From Lophium mytilinum (Eukaryota): 64,000 bases of DNA. Location of the stretch: contig MU004194.1 in assembly GCA_010093605.1 (NCBI GenBank), positions 68,156 through 132,155 of the forward strand, read 5' to 3'. The notes beneath the pieces were generated by a model. It did not search any database. It had not been told where the DNA came from and saw nothing but the letters and a program-made list of their open reading frames with translations. Positions 37,231-48,620 of the stretch are shown one piece after another; position 1 is the stretch's first letter; every line of letters begins with the position of its first letter. The position numbers were made by a program, and so were the translations under genes.

Positions 37231-39732
37231 TGTACGGCATAGAGATAGCAAGATAGTAACGACAAGGCCAGGGACGGCTCTGTGGGCTCGTGGACGCGCA
37301 CGGTATGTATATGGGGGAGTAGGCCGTCCCGTCATCCGCATACGCAGTGGCTGCGACCATCCGCCGTGGCTCGCCTAGTATGCTCTCCAGGGCTAAGGGT
37401 GCATGAAGAGTAACGCAAGTTGGACTTTCTAACGAAGCCCGAAAAGGGACACATCAGCGTCCTTTGGCTTGTGGATGGTCAGATTCACGCGAGCATATCA
37501 GCGGGAGGGAGCCCAGCCGGGCGATCTTGGAGGGGCGATCCGATGCGGAAGAAAGGCACATGGGAGACGATTTCCATGTCTCACTTCCAGAAATTAGTGA
37601 ATTGCCAGGGGTGCTGACGTCCAAAATCAGCCCCTGTGCGGTCATGGTTGGTCGCTGCCCCAACTCACACAATAATGATCGTCCTGGCTAAGAGCGAGCT
37701 GTCTGGCCAATCATATAGCAGCAAGCGTCACTTGAAAACTCCGCAAGGCCGAGTAGTAGCCGCTGCAGGTACTCGGATGGAGGCTGCGCGGACAAGCTTC
37801 GGTCCCAAACTCTGTTCCTGCCGGTAGTTGTGAGACATTGGCATAGCAACATAAAAAGACCTCAGGAGTAGAAAGGAGACGTTACATTCTGAAGTAGGTA
37901 GGAAAGAAGCGTCTCGGGATGGTGATGGACTGGCACAAACCGAAAGGTTGCATATTTGCATCGTTGACCTTGTCAGTGGAGGGAAACAAAAATAACGGTC
38001 CACTCAGAGAGCTCTTGGGACCCGTTGTATGCGGTGACGCCTGACGCCTGATCTTAGGGCCTCCTACCAGAACCAGCAATGCAGTGGAGGTATCACACTC
38101 TTGTCACGCGTTGGATGTGAACTGGATGTTTCTCTTGCAGCTCCCCAGGGGATTCGGGGAGGGTCAACCCAGCACAATGTAGATATGCCTAACACCGTTG
38201 AATTTGCGAGACTGTCTCACGCCAGTCATCATGCACAAGCGTTGTATAACTCCGGTAAACTGCCTCAATAATGCCTGCGAAGACGAAAGAAAGACAGCTA
38301 ATTCGTCGACTTTGCTTTTGTTTCCAATATTGGTGAGGTAGACGAGCTATTGGCTGTGATTGGCTACGCTCGCTAGTGGGGCCACGGACCGATTCCTTCC
38401 GACACAGAAGAAAACCTCAAAGTTTCTTCTGCCATCTCTTCCTCCAACATCGTCAGTTCGTCCAATTATTCATCACCCTCCCATCACATCAGCGCATGCA
38501 TGCCTCTTGCAGGCTGATGCCAGCACGTATTTCAATGCGCCACAGCTTCGTAGTCAACGCCTCAATGTGAACTTCTGGCACTTAAGTCTTCGGGCTGCGC
38601 TCTGTTCACTAGCTTGCTGCACTCTGGCGATCTGCATGGAATTCGAGACCTCGCTTTGAGCCTACTCACAGGCAATAATTCGCGTGCTCGGCCAGGCGTC
38701 TCCTGGCTTGTTGCTCGCGATTTTTCGAGCGAACTCACTCTTCGTCCAGTCCGTAATGTCTCGTGGAGAGGCTAATTAACCTACTACCGTCTTTCAGACC
38801 ATGGTCACTCGCACATGATCCCAATCTGAGGAACACGGAAATCTGAACTCTTTTGGTCTTGACGGTGCCTGCACAGCGAAGGACTACAAAGGTACGCTCT
38901 ATCCATTTCTTCCCCTTAAATACATTGTGATGAATACAAGCGAATACACAGACCTGTTCCGAAAACACTATGTGGAGTATTCTTGGAGACCTTCTGAACC
39001 GATATCTTTTGTTTCACTTTTGCCAAATTTTTCCGTTGGAACCACAGCTGACCGATTGTTCAAGCAGTACTCGTAACCACACCTTCCGCTTCCCATCTAA
39101 CAGCTTTGCTGGTGTGCCGCGCAAGTTCGAGTCGCTTCTCGACATAGTAATACGTGCTCATCATACTATACTTGACATCATCGATATTATAACACGGCAT
39201 TGAGTTGTATGGGCTTATTCCCAAAAATGAGAAGATGCTGTTCACGAATACGAGACATAGATACTTGCCATGCTTGAAGCATCAGCCAAAGTCTGTGTAT
39301 GTATGGTAGCTAACACGCTATCACTAATGACGCTGCGTTGCCTCTCATGGGGTTCTCTTCGAGTACGTTCGAACATAAACCAACATGCTTGCTTTGTTCC
39401 CATTGTCCTCGAGTTTTGTGAAGGCATTCGCCTCCTTGCTTTCGAAATGTCTTTGTTCGAGGCTACGGAGGATACGCTTCTTTGTTAACAAAATGACAAT
39501 GATATTATTGGAACAACAATCTCTTTTTCTCTAAACAAAGCTGCTGTCTTTGACGGCTAAAATATCATGGCTGTATAGCTTTAGAAGTGACCGTCCCCCG
39601 TCAGGTCCTCTCTCCTACAATCCCCTCGAGACTGAACTGGACAGCGATCTTAAATCCCAACGCAGGTGCAAAAAACAAAGTTCCGAGTTAATCATCGATA
39701 TCAGCCGCGCAACGCCTTTGCAAGCTACAATC

Positions 39733-42282
39733 ATGTCTTCGCGACGTTCTAGTTCGCGCAATCCCAGTATAGTCCCCAGGCGAAATTCTTCGATCCGTCT
39801 TGATGAGTCCACAAATCCTATTCGATACCCTAGCTTCTCCGCAAATGCTGACTGGACATTTGAGGCACCACCTGGACAACAGGACGTCGACTGGAGCAAT
39901 GTGAATTTCGATGACCCGGCATTTTCTGGGTACAATGGAGTTGACCAGCAACCCTCCACTGATTTGCTCTTAGACAGTCTCTCATACTTGGAACCTGAAC
40001 AGCAGGTAAATGCGGCCAAGAGCCGCCGAGCTTCTGTCCAAATGATGAACAGGCCTCTGGCTGCAGTGCCTGGCCTGGAGATTCCACAGTCGTATGATCT
40101 GCCCACCAACTTTAGCGTCGACCCTTCGATTCTAAACTCAGACTACCAGAATTCCACTTACGGCTTTCAGTCCGAAGCGAATGCACCCTACTTCACTGAC
40201 GATTTCGGACTGCAACCGCAAGTTTATGACGGATTTGTGCCAGCTCCGCAGGATATCGGTACGGCGGCAAATTTGTATGACAATGACCTGCGAGCCTCGC
40301 CGAGGACACGAAAACGTTCACGCGAAGATCCAGCATACCAAGAACGTCCAGAGAAACGTACTCGTGGAGAAGAACCGTACCGCAGACGCTCTCCGAAGTC
40401 TCGACGCAGCTCGGGCAATTCGAGCGAGTTGAGCGAGACAACATCTCTAAGAAAGAGCCGGAAGGCAACCACAAAGGTCACGAGAGCGGTCTACGAACCC
40501 GAGAAGCCAGAGACGGATAAGGACAAGCACTGGATCAGGATAAACCAGACTACCGAAGGAAAAACCAGCCGGACGGGAAAGATCAATCATTACAAGGCTG
40601 AAGAGATGTATAACCACAACCTCACCCATACTATTGGCGACTGGCAGGGTAGCAAGACACTCTTCCAGTACGATAGGAACGGCGAGCTCCAACAGAGGAC
40701 TTACAGTGCCAAAGAAATTCGCGAGTTCTTGTATGAGCACCCACGAACTAGAGATTGTAAGTTGAAGCTTTGGATTCAAAAGTCCCCTGCAGACAGCGCT
40801 CGACGTTACCCACAGGAACACTCCTCGAAATGCCGGTTCCGATGCTGTCCGATCCAAGCTCACTTCAAGGGAACTATCCTCCACGGTCACTACCGTGTTG
40901 CCTTTGATGAGAAGTGGCACAAGCATCGCGAAAACGCCGACCCGTTCCACGTGGCTGCGTATGTCCATCTGTACTGCCTAGAGCGCTTCCTCGACTTCCC
41001 CGATATCTGCAACAAGCTTGAGATTGCGGTTGACGACCGACGACTGCGAAATGAGCCAAAGGGGAAATTCCTTGCCAGCCTTGGAAACTCTATTGAGGGT
41101 GGCATCGCCCACAAGTTCATCGAGGACTGCAGGAATGGCCAGCTTGACCACGAGTATCCCGACTACCCCATCCACGGATACTACCGCCACGGGGAACCTA
41201 AACCACATGTGCATACCCTTACATATGCGTTGAACAAAGGTAAGACTGAAACGCGACCGCCTGCGCAGATCCGGCAGTTCGAGGAGCGCGGCCTGTCCAG
41301 CTCTCACATCTTGGTCCACATGGGTGATCTGGAGAAGTTTGTCAAAGCAAGACTGGACAAGAAGAAAGCAGCTAAGCGTAGGAAGCGTGGTGAGCCGAGC
41401 GAGGACGAGGCAAGTGATTCAGAACCCGAAGCCGTTCAACGAACTGCTCGTCCCCGCACAACAGCCACCCCGAAGGCTGAACAAGCTTCTACTCAACGTC
41501 CTTCCCGTTCTCATGCGTCTTCGGAGGCACGCCGACGCAGCCCCCGCAATAAGGAGCGCATCAGCTACGCAGACATGGACGCCGAGCACTCCGACGCCAG
41601 CGGCGGTGAAGACACGCTCTTCATCCCCGAAGCCGCCGAGCACGAGCGCCAGCTCCTCGACGACCGCCCCTACAACCACCCCCAAGCCTACTACCCCAAC
41701 CCCCAAGACTACTTCTCCCATGCCGCCTCCCCCCAGAAGCAACTCCAACCCCGCCGCTCCTCCCTCGCCCAATACCCCCGCCCCGACCGCCTCCGCCGCG
41801 TCTCCTGGGCGCCAGACCCCAAGTACGACCATCCAGCGTACCAACCCGAGCAGCAAACGCCCTGGCCACAGCAGCACCCGCAACAGCAGCAGCACTACCT
41901 CCCCCCGCAACCTCCGCTCGAGCCCGACTACACCAACCTAACCACCCGCAAGCCCAGCGCCGGCTTCACGCAGCTCCTCGACTCCATCCAGTCATACGAG
42001 CTGGACCCGGCAGCCCAGTTCCTCGCCTTCGACGACAGCCTGCTCTTCGACGACTTCACCGCCGGCGGCGTTTTCGCGCAGCCGACGTCGCCGGCGAGGC
42101 GAGGGTCGAGTCCGCTGCGGCGGCGGTCGGCGGAGTGGAAGGTGGTTAGCGGGGAGCGGAGGGGAAGTAAGGGGAGTCCGAGGGAGCAGCAGCGGCGGCA
42201 TAGTATGCGGCTTAGGAGTCGGGGGAGTAGTTTGGGGAGTCTGTTTGGGGGGTCGCCGAGTCCGCCGGGGACGGGATCGTGA
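39733..42282 (+). CDS. Large uncharacterised protein (~850 aa), probably nuclear, with a central globular Cys/His domain
   Basis: The first in-frame ATG is at 39733 (the track start is TTG). Disordered termini, basic NLS-like stretches (KKKAAKRRKRG) and a central domain LWIQKSPADSARRYP...CRFRCCP...HYRVAFDE...HLYCLERF. Confidence 0.85.
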   Translation: MSSRRSSSRNPSIVPRRNSSIRLDESTNPIRYPSFSANADWTFEAPPGQQDVDWSNVNFDDPAFSGYNGVDQQPSTDLLLDSLSYLEPEQQVNAAKSRRASVQMMNRPLAAVPGLEIPQSYDLPTNFSVDPSILNSDYQNSTYGFQSEANAPYFTDDFGLQPQVYDGFVPAPQDIGTAANLYDNDLRASPRTRKRSREDPAYQERPEKRTRGEEPYRRRSPKSRRSSGNSSELSETTSLRKSRKATTKVTRAVYEPEKPETDKDKHWIRINQTTEGKTSRTGKINHYKAEEMYNHNLTHTIGDWQGSKTLFQYDRNGELQQRTYSAKEIREFLYEHPRTRDCKLKLWIQKSPADSARRYPQEHSSKCRFRCCPIQAHFKGTILHGHYRVAFDEKWHKHRENADPFHVAAYVHLYCLERFLDFPDICNKLEIAVDDRRLRNEPKGKFLASLGNSIEGGIAHKFIEDCRNGQLDHEYPDYPIHGYYRHGEPKPHVHTLTYALNKGKTETRPPAQIRQFEERGLSSSHILVHMGDLEKFVKARLDKKKAAKRRKRGEPSEDEASDSEPEAVQRTARPRTTATPKAEQASTQRPSRSHASSEARRRSPRNKERISYADMDAEHSDASGGEDTLFIPEAAEHERQLLDDRPYNHPQAYYPNPQDYFSHAASPQKQLQPRRSSLAQYPRPDRLRRVSWAPDPKYDHPAYQPEQQTPWPQQHPQQQQHYLPPQPPLEPDYTNLTTRKPSAGFTQLLDSIQSYELDPAAQFLAFDDSLLFDDFTAGGVFAQPTSPARRGSSPLRRRSAEWKVVSGERRGSKGSPREQQRRHSMRLRSRGSSLGSLFGGSPSPPGTGS

Positions 42283-43184
42283 GGGGTTGAGTTGATTGGT
42301 TTTGGGTCTTGGGAGAGGCGCTGGATTGGTTCTTTTTTCTTTCTTTCTTGTTGTAAAGGTTTTCTTTTGTTGTTGCAAGCATAGCATTGGCAAGCGCTGC
42401 GGGCGGCGTTTGAGATGAAAAGCAGGGTTTGTGTAGGTAGCAGTTTAGTTTGAGATGGAATCCGATCATGGACTTGTAGATTAGAGAGAGCACGTTGATC
42501 GTGCCCTTGAGTATATAAAATGAACATTACAAACGCCTGGTGCTGATTTCAATGACTGTGTCGGGCTTATTATCGGCCCGGCTGACTAATGCTGGAAAGG
42601 GCTACATTGCCACTGCATCTTTATATAGACTAATTACTCAATACACACGACAGTTTGCTCCACCTATATTTCGCTGCTATTCCGTTTACGTATATACTGC
42701 CGCTCAACTGTTCAGTAGTTCTCTTTTAATCTAGAAGGGCCGGGTTTCTTCGTAGCTTTATCTTCCGTGGTTTGAAACGACATCTTTTATGTTCGATTGA
42801 AGTACTGATGCCCAATTGACCTATTTGTGCGCAATTGAACTGCAAAAGGGCATGCGGCATGTTACGAGAGGGTCACGTGAAAGCTTATATAAGCCATGTC
42901 CCAAGTCTGAAGGGTTAGAACCTCACTACAGTGAAGATATCGTGAAGATGTTTGATTTATGGAATTGTCTCATTGCTATGAGTGGTATCGATGTTCTACA
43001 CCCCACAGAAGACGCCCAAAATCCTATAGCTCAAAAATAAAGAATGGTGATATCCGTCGTCTATCCGCTAAATGTCCTGATAAGATGTTCCCTTAGTAGA
43101 TTTTCTGCCAATAGAAATGCCCCAAATATTGCTAAGATGCAAATAAGACCGCTCCAATAAGTACTCAACACATGGCTCGTAGTT

Positions 43185-44201
43185 TCATGGCACCTGGATG
43201 GGCTCCACGGCACTCAACTCCAAGCTGATTTCTACCCCCCGCACTCGTTTGAATCGTGTTCTCGCGTCGCCCTGCTTATCGAGTATCAAGTCGTCCGGAT
43301 ATGAACGTGCCAGCGTCCGCACATCCTGTCGCAGAAGCCGCTGGATAGCAACGATTTTCACTTCTGCATCGTGCGTTTTGCCCTGCAGCGACAGCACCAA
43401 GTTCTCGAGCCCCTGGTCCCGGTCCCAGCGATAGAAGCGGTCAATGAGATGCGCAGCACCAGCATTGTGGACCACGGCAGGCGGATTTGCGCCGCCTGGT
43501 GGACCGGGAGGAGGTGGCGGGACCGGGATCTGATTCCCAGGCTGATTACCCGGCTGATTACCAGGCTGGTTCTGGTGTTGATGCTGAGGTGGAAACGGAT
43601 TTTGCCAATTCGGCTGCTGCGCCGCCCACTGAATTGCTGGGAACATCATTGCAGGAGAACCCCACGACCCGCAGCGCAGGAAGATCCACAGGCTCTTCAG
43701 CCTGGGCAGGTCGGCGTGCAAGCTCCGCGTCTCGCTCGAGCTGCTCAGGTACGAGATCCAGAGACGCAGGTCCTTCTCGCGGATGCGGAAGCACACGCTG
43801 GTGATGTGCTCGCTGCAGGGCGACGCGACGACGCGGAACATATTGCAGTCGGAGGGATGGGTGAAGAGGAACTTGTTGGAGCTGTAGAGAACCGGGGCGG
43901 CCTCGGCGTACACTTGACGCGAGGTGAGGAGCAGGTTGGGCTCAATGTTGTGGTCCGTCGTGGGATTTGGGTACCAGAATGGGGACGCGGAGGTCAGAGC
44001 GAAGGTGTATATGCGGTCGCGGAGCTCGCGAGGGAGGGCTAGCAGCTGCGATGGCATTGTGGGCGGAGCGGCCCGTGGAGTGGGTGTAGGGAGGGGAGGA
44101 TGGGATTCCCGCGGCGAGTAGGAGGAGGTGTCGGGGGAATCCGTCATGACAGTGTCTTCGGAGGACGACTGGAGCGGGGTGGAGGGGTCGGACGATGGCA
44201 T
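43185..44201 (-). CDS. F-box-like N-terminal motif protein (Dothideomycete LPRELRDxIY family)
   Basis: LLALPRELRDRIYTFAL and LLLTSRQVYAEAAPVLYSSNKFLF; internal NQPG repeats. The likely start is MPSSDP at 44201. Confidence 0.8.
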   Translation of the reverse strand: MPSSDPSTPLQSSSEDTVMTDSPDTSSYSPRESHPPLPTPTPRAAPPTMPSQLLALPRELRDRIYTFALTSASPFWYPNPTTDHNIEPNLLLTSRQVYAEAAPVLYSSNKFLFTHPSDCNMFRVVASPCSEHITSVCFRIREKDLRLWISYLSSSSETRSLHADLPRLKSLWIFLRCGSWGSPAMMFPAIQWAAQQPNWQNPFPPQHQHQNQPGNQPGNQPGNQIPVPPPPPGPPGGANPPAVVHNAGAAHLIDRFYRWDRDQGLENLVLSLQGKTHDAEVKIVAIQRLLRQDVRTLARSYPDDLILDKQGDARTRFKRVRGVEISLELSAVEPIQVP

Positions 44202-45143
44202 CGTGGGTGGATGTGGCGGCGGAGGCTGAAGGGTGCGGAAGAAGGGGCACCAGACACAGCAACTTATAAACGAGTGAATGTATATGTCAGCTTCCCAGCG
44301 GCGTGGTCGACGCTGTTTGTGCTGGAGTCGTCCCACTTGTGTTTGCATCACCGAGACGGCCCGCTGCTTGGCAGAGTCTACATCCGGCCTAGGCGCAGAA
44401 GATCCATCTTGATGTCCAGATGGCGACCCGAGCCTCACCATTTCTCCAGCCGTCACCATCCAACAGCAACGCATGCTGCTTCCTCCCGTCCATGTGTGCA
44501 ATTCGATCACAATGCTTCTAGTTCTATCCCCTCTGAGAGCTTTCACCGAGTCTGAGGAGCTCCTTGTTCTATTACGCCTTGTTCCTCTGCCACAGTCTCG
44601 GACACTGTCTTAACAGCCTGTATTCAGCTACAGTCGGGTACGCAGCTGGATCTTTATCTTTTACATCCACTTCATGTGCATATGGTCTATCGCATTGCGC
44701 TGGTACCTCTCCATACCATAGCTGGACCTTCCGCAAAGTCATGTCCAAATTGCAGGTCGCAAGAAGAAAACTACGGAGCAAGGGCACTTTCCAATTTTGC
44801 CAAGCGGATGTTACCAAGCTTATCGCTCATAGGCGGTATCGAGGAACTCGTTCTTTGTTCCAGTCAAATGTATACAATGCATAGCACGCTGCCTAACTAT
44901 TCGTCGAAGTGTGATGGTCAACAATACCATTGTCCTTCTCGTCTTTGGCTTTATCTGCCCCACGGGCCAATGAGAAAGCGTTCGAACCTCATTGGTTCGT
45001 GGGGCAGATACACTATTGTATATAAAATAAGCACGCCGTCCCCATTCTGACATCAACTCATACCACCATCACAATCATCGCAGCCATCACAAGATACAAC
45101 CCCGACTGTCCAATAAATCAAAAAACTCAGAAGATCTACAACG

Positions 45144-47303
45144 ATGGCTTATAGACCAAGGAAACCTTCTACCCTCCATGTGGTTACCGGAGTAAACGAC
45201 ACTGAACAGAGAGATATCGAAATGGAAGGTTTGATGATCAGAGACTTCGATATGGGTGTTGTCCCGAATGGAGCTAGATCTCCTACTTGGGACGAGATAA
45301 ATCTCGTCATGAGTACGGCCATGCCTGATTTCTCCAAGATCCACAGGACCTCCCTTTTTGACTTGGATTACACTAGCATTGCCAGTTCGACACCCAGCGC
45401 CGACGAGCTTGACCCCATCACAGAAATGGAAGAGGATGCCCCTATAGAAATGGAAGTGGATCCCGCTACAGAAACGGCGATTGCCCACATTACGGAGTTG
45501 GAAGAGAACCCTATCACAGTAACAGCAGAGCGGGATCTGGAAGCGGTGCTAGAAGACATCTTGCATCCTCCAGTCAACGCGTTCTTCTCACAGCGAAGAC
45601 AACAGATCCACAAAATGCTCAACAGTGGGGGTACATGCGACTTAACAAGAGTTTGGTTCGGAAAGAACCATCGCGGGCACTTTACAGCACAGGGAATCTT
45701 ACGCACCAAGTCGGTTCTTCGGGACTTGCAAATAAGTGAAAAGGTGATTCCCGGACCATACTGGAATTGGCTTCTGCACCGAGATGCCGACCCGCCTCAG
45801 TTACAGATACCTGGTTCTGTTCGCAGGAACGCCCGGTTCAAGTTTATTGGAAACATCGAAAAATGCCGTACCACTATAAAGAGCAGTTCGAGCCAGGCAA
45901 ACACTATATTCAAACTGGGCTCAGATTCATACACTACTCAGTTCATCACCGACGATGAGATTGTTTTACCCAGTCCGGTCGCGTCTCCATTCACTCCTCC
46001 TCCTAATTTGATTAACATAGCTGCTCCACTACGGACCCCAGGGATATCTTCTAAATTCGGCTTGATCTTGTCGCTTGAGGATAATCCAGACCCTCCAAAC
46101 ATCATATATGTGCTTCGGGAGCCCCCTCTCGGCGCCTTCATAGTTGCGCCAGGTGATAAGTTATCTGGCGAAATGTCACGAGAGTGGTTGCTCGAACAGT
46201 CTCCTACCCATTTCGAAAGGGAACAGAACGGAAACATCGTCATGAAAAAAGGAGGCGAGCTACATCGCTGGGCTCTCCAAGGCTTCGAGAAGTTGCAGAT
46301 TGATGAAGATTATTGGCACTGGTTAGTGGACGGTCCTACGGTCGCTAGGCCGCACGTACCCATACTTCACGAATCTTCCCTCCGCCAATGTCTAATGACC
46401 ACCACTCCATCAGCCGCATTCCAAGAAAGCCGACCCACCGTTCAATTTGAGCCAGATGTGAGTCCCTTGAAGGTTCACAAAACCCCCATGTTTCGGATGG
46501 GGCCGCCGCTAGAGGTTCGTGAGCTCATAGATTACCTCAATTATCCCCGGGATGCAAGGGGCAAGAAAGCTTTCCTTGCATCTGGCAAGCTGAATCGGGA
46601 ATGGATTGTGTTTCTTTTCCCCAAGTACTTCAGCAAGGGTACCAATTACGGCGTGAAAGGCACGGTCGCGCTTCAACACTTCTCTGGATGGGACCTGGAT
46701 ATGGACTATGCTTACTATAGCTGGCTCGGTAACACAGCACTGGATTATCAACCTTACTTCCCTGGAACCACATCCAAGTTTCCTACGAAGCAGTATTTTG
46801 AGGAAAAAGTGGAGCAAAAGCGTAAAGCACTGGACAAAATGCTGGAGGAAGTCAAGCAGGAACTGACCAGCCAACCTCAACCCGCAACGGAGGATGTTGA
46901 GATGGAAGACGCTACGCCGCCTCTGTCCGCCAGTGCGCCGCCCGCAAATGAGGATGTTGAGATGACAGATGCGCAGCTGGCCGGCCTAGCCGGGCCAACA
47001 CGCAGCAAACTGTACAACAAGGTCTACCACACTGTCGGTAAATCTTTACGGCTTTGGGTTGCAGACATGAACGCCATGTATAGTGATAAGATCAACCTGG
47101 ATCCGAAGGAAAAAGGTTGGTTAACGAAGGAACTTTTCCGACTAATCTGCGGGAGACTGAAGGAACTTCGCAATATGGATGACGCTACTATTAGAGAGGT
47201 CACCAAGCGGGTTCGTGGTGAGGTCGAGACCCATGGCTGGATTGAGCTAGCAGAGCATTGCCGTCGTCGCGATGGGCCTATTCAATTCTCGATAAGGTGG
47301 TGA
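45144..47303 (+). CDS. Orphan protein (719 aa) with three internal Trp-rich repeats
   Basis: Long intronless ORF; TATATAAAA at ~45019; CA-rich leader; repeats described in findings. Confidence 0.82.
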   Translation: MAYRPRKPSTLHVVTGVNDTEQRDIEMEGLMIRDFDMGVVPNGARSPTWDEINLVMSTAMPDFSKIHRTSLFDLDYTSIASSTPSADELDPITEMEEDAPIEMEVDPATETAIAHITELEENPITVTAERDLEAVLEDILHPPVNAFFSQRRQQIHKMLNSGGTCDLTRVWFGKNHRGHFTAQGILRTKSVLRDLQISEKVIPGPYWNWLLHRDADPPQLQIPGSVRRNARFKFIGNIEKCRTTIKSSSSQANTIFKLGSDSYTTQFITDDEIVLPSPVASPFTPPPNLINIAAPLRTPGISSKFGLILSLEDNPDPPNIIYVLREPPLGAFIVAPGDKLSGEMSREWLLEQSPTHFEREQNGNIVMKKGGELHRWALQGFEKLQIDEDYWHWLVDGPTVARPHVPILHESSLRQCLMTTTPSAAFQESRPTVQFEPDVSPLKVHKTPMFRMGPPLEVRELIDYLNYPRDARGKKAFLASGKLNREWIVFLFPKYFSKGTNYGVKGTVALQHFSGWDLDMDYAYYSWLGNTALDYQPYFPGTTSKFPTKQYFEEKVEQKRKALDKMLEEVKQELTSQPQPATEDVEMEDATPPLSASAPPANEDVEMTDAQLAGLAGPTRSKLYNKVYHTVGKSLRLWVADMNAMYSDKINLDPKEKGWLTKELFRLICGRLKELRNMDDATIREVTKRVRGEVETHGWIELAEHCRRRDGPIQFSIRW

Positions 47304-47531
47304 GTACTAAGACCGGCAGCCCTCATTCAGGTACGTTAGGAACCCGCAAGAGAGAAGGCAAAGTAAGGAACCGAGGCTCCATCAAGTTCCCTCAGCCTAC
47401 AGCGGTAAGTTCAAAAGCTCGTCAGTAGACATGCCTTGGTAAGATTCCCCCTCATTCTTGACCTGGATCGCATTCAAACATCCAAGCCATGGTCATCATG
47501 AAATGTAGGATCCTCCCAGACCTCCATCCTG

Positions 47532-47614
47532 ATAGGTAAGTTCTTTCCTTGTATTGTCATAGGTAAGTCTTCCTCCTCTATTGTCATAGGTAACTCCTTT
47601 TCCTTTGTATCATA
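47532..47614. repeat. 27-bp imperfect tandem repeat x3
   Basis: ataggtaag/ataggtaac...tattgtc units at ~47532, 47559 and 47586. Confidence 0.8.
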
Positions 47615-48036
47615 GCCCTTTTTCCAATTTATCCATTTTTCCCAAAGCCTGAGCATCATTTCCTCCACCTCAACAGTCCTTTACTTGCTCAGCTTATGTG
47701 ATGTCCATGCCATGAAGAAAGAGTCAAAACAGCACTGTTCTACAGCTACTTCTTCTCCTATTAACAATATCGAAGTAAGGCGTACCGCGGCGTAGTATAT
47801 GCTGTCGATCGCTTCGCTGGCGCCATCATCCTTGGCATTAGCGATTCCCCTACTTACCTACTCATAACTGTAAAGCTGCCGTTGCGTTTCAGAGTGCGAT
47901 AAGGAAAGCTCACGGCGGAAGGATACAGTTTGAGGCATTTAGAGCCACATAGACTTACGAATCCATATGTTGCGAGATTTTCGCCATCTATATGCGGGGC
48001 GATAGAGGGCTGGCAGTGGTGGGCAACCAGTGAAAG

Positions 48037-48620
48037 GCATTCACTCGCCAAGGGCCGCCTCCCAGCCCGTGCCAAACCGCTGCTCCACCCCCAAGATGGC
48101 CTGACAGGCGCTAGAAGGCCGCTACTGCATGGAAGCATTCTGCCGCAGACAGAAGCAGGGGCTGGCGGCGTGATCGGGCGTTCCGCAGGTGACGAAGGAT
48201 GGATGGATTTGATGTTGTTGTGGTTGGCGCTAGGGAAAATCGGTAAGTGCTCGGCACCCGGGTAAGGCATTCACCTGTAAAAGCCCCAGCCGTCCAATCC
48301 GCTGCTCCACCCCCAAGACAGCCTGACAGGCGCTAGAAGCCCGCTACTGCATGGAAGGAAAGTGACAAGAGACGGACGGTGTTGGTGTTTCGGTTGGCGG
48401 TAGGGGAGATCAGTGAGCGGTAGGCACCCAGTAACCCGGTGAACGTACAGTATTCACTCGCCAAGGTTCCCACAGCCAGGGCCAATCGGCGGCTCCACCC
48501 AACCCCAATCGGCGGCTCCACTCACTCCTAATCAGCGGCTCCACCCCCAAAAGATGGCTGACGGCCCAGTCTGCGCCAGAAGGCCACTACTGCATGGAAG
48601 CATTCTAGCCGGAAGCAGGG
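48037..48620. repeat. Three diverged ~180-230 bp direct repeats with a nested 22-bp microrepeat
   Basis: Units start at 48037, 48267 and 48450 and share attcac..., gctccaccccca, gcgc.agaag.cc.ctactgcatggaag. The third unit contains (c.aatc.gcggctccac)x3. Confidence 0.9.

Noticed and set aside
38360..39490. Fragmentary ORFs upstream of the 850-aa gene
   Set aside because: Short and discontinuous with no family signal; cannot be distinguished from intergenic DNA.
48037..48620. Repeat-spacer pattern as a CRISPR-like array
   Set aside because: Eukaryotic locus; units are long and degenerate with homologous spacers; no cas genes.
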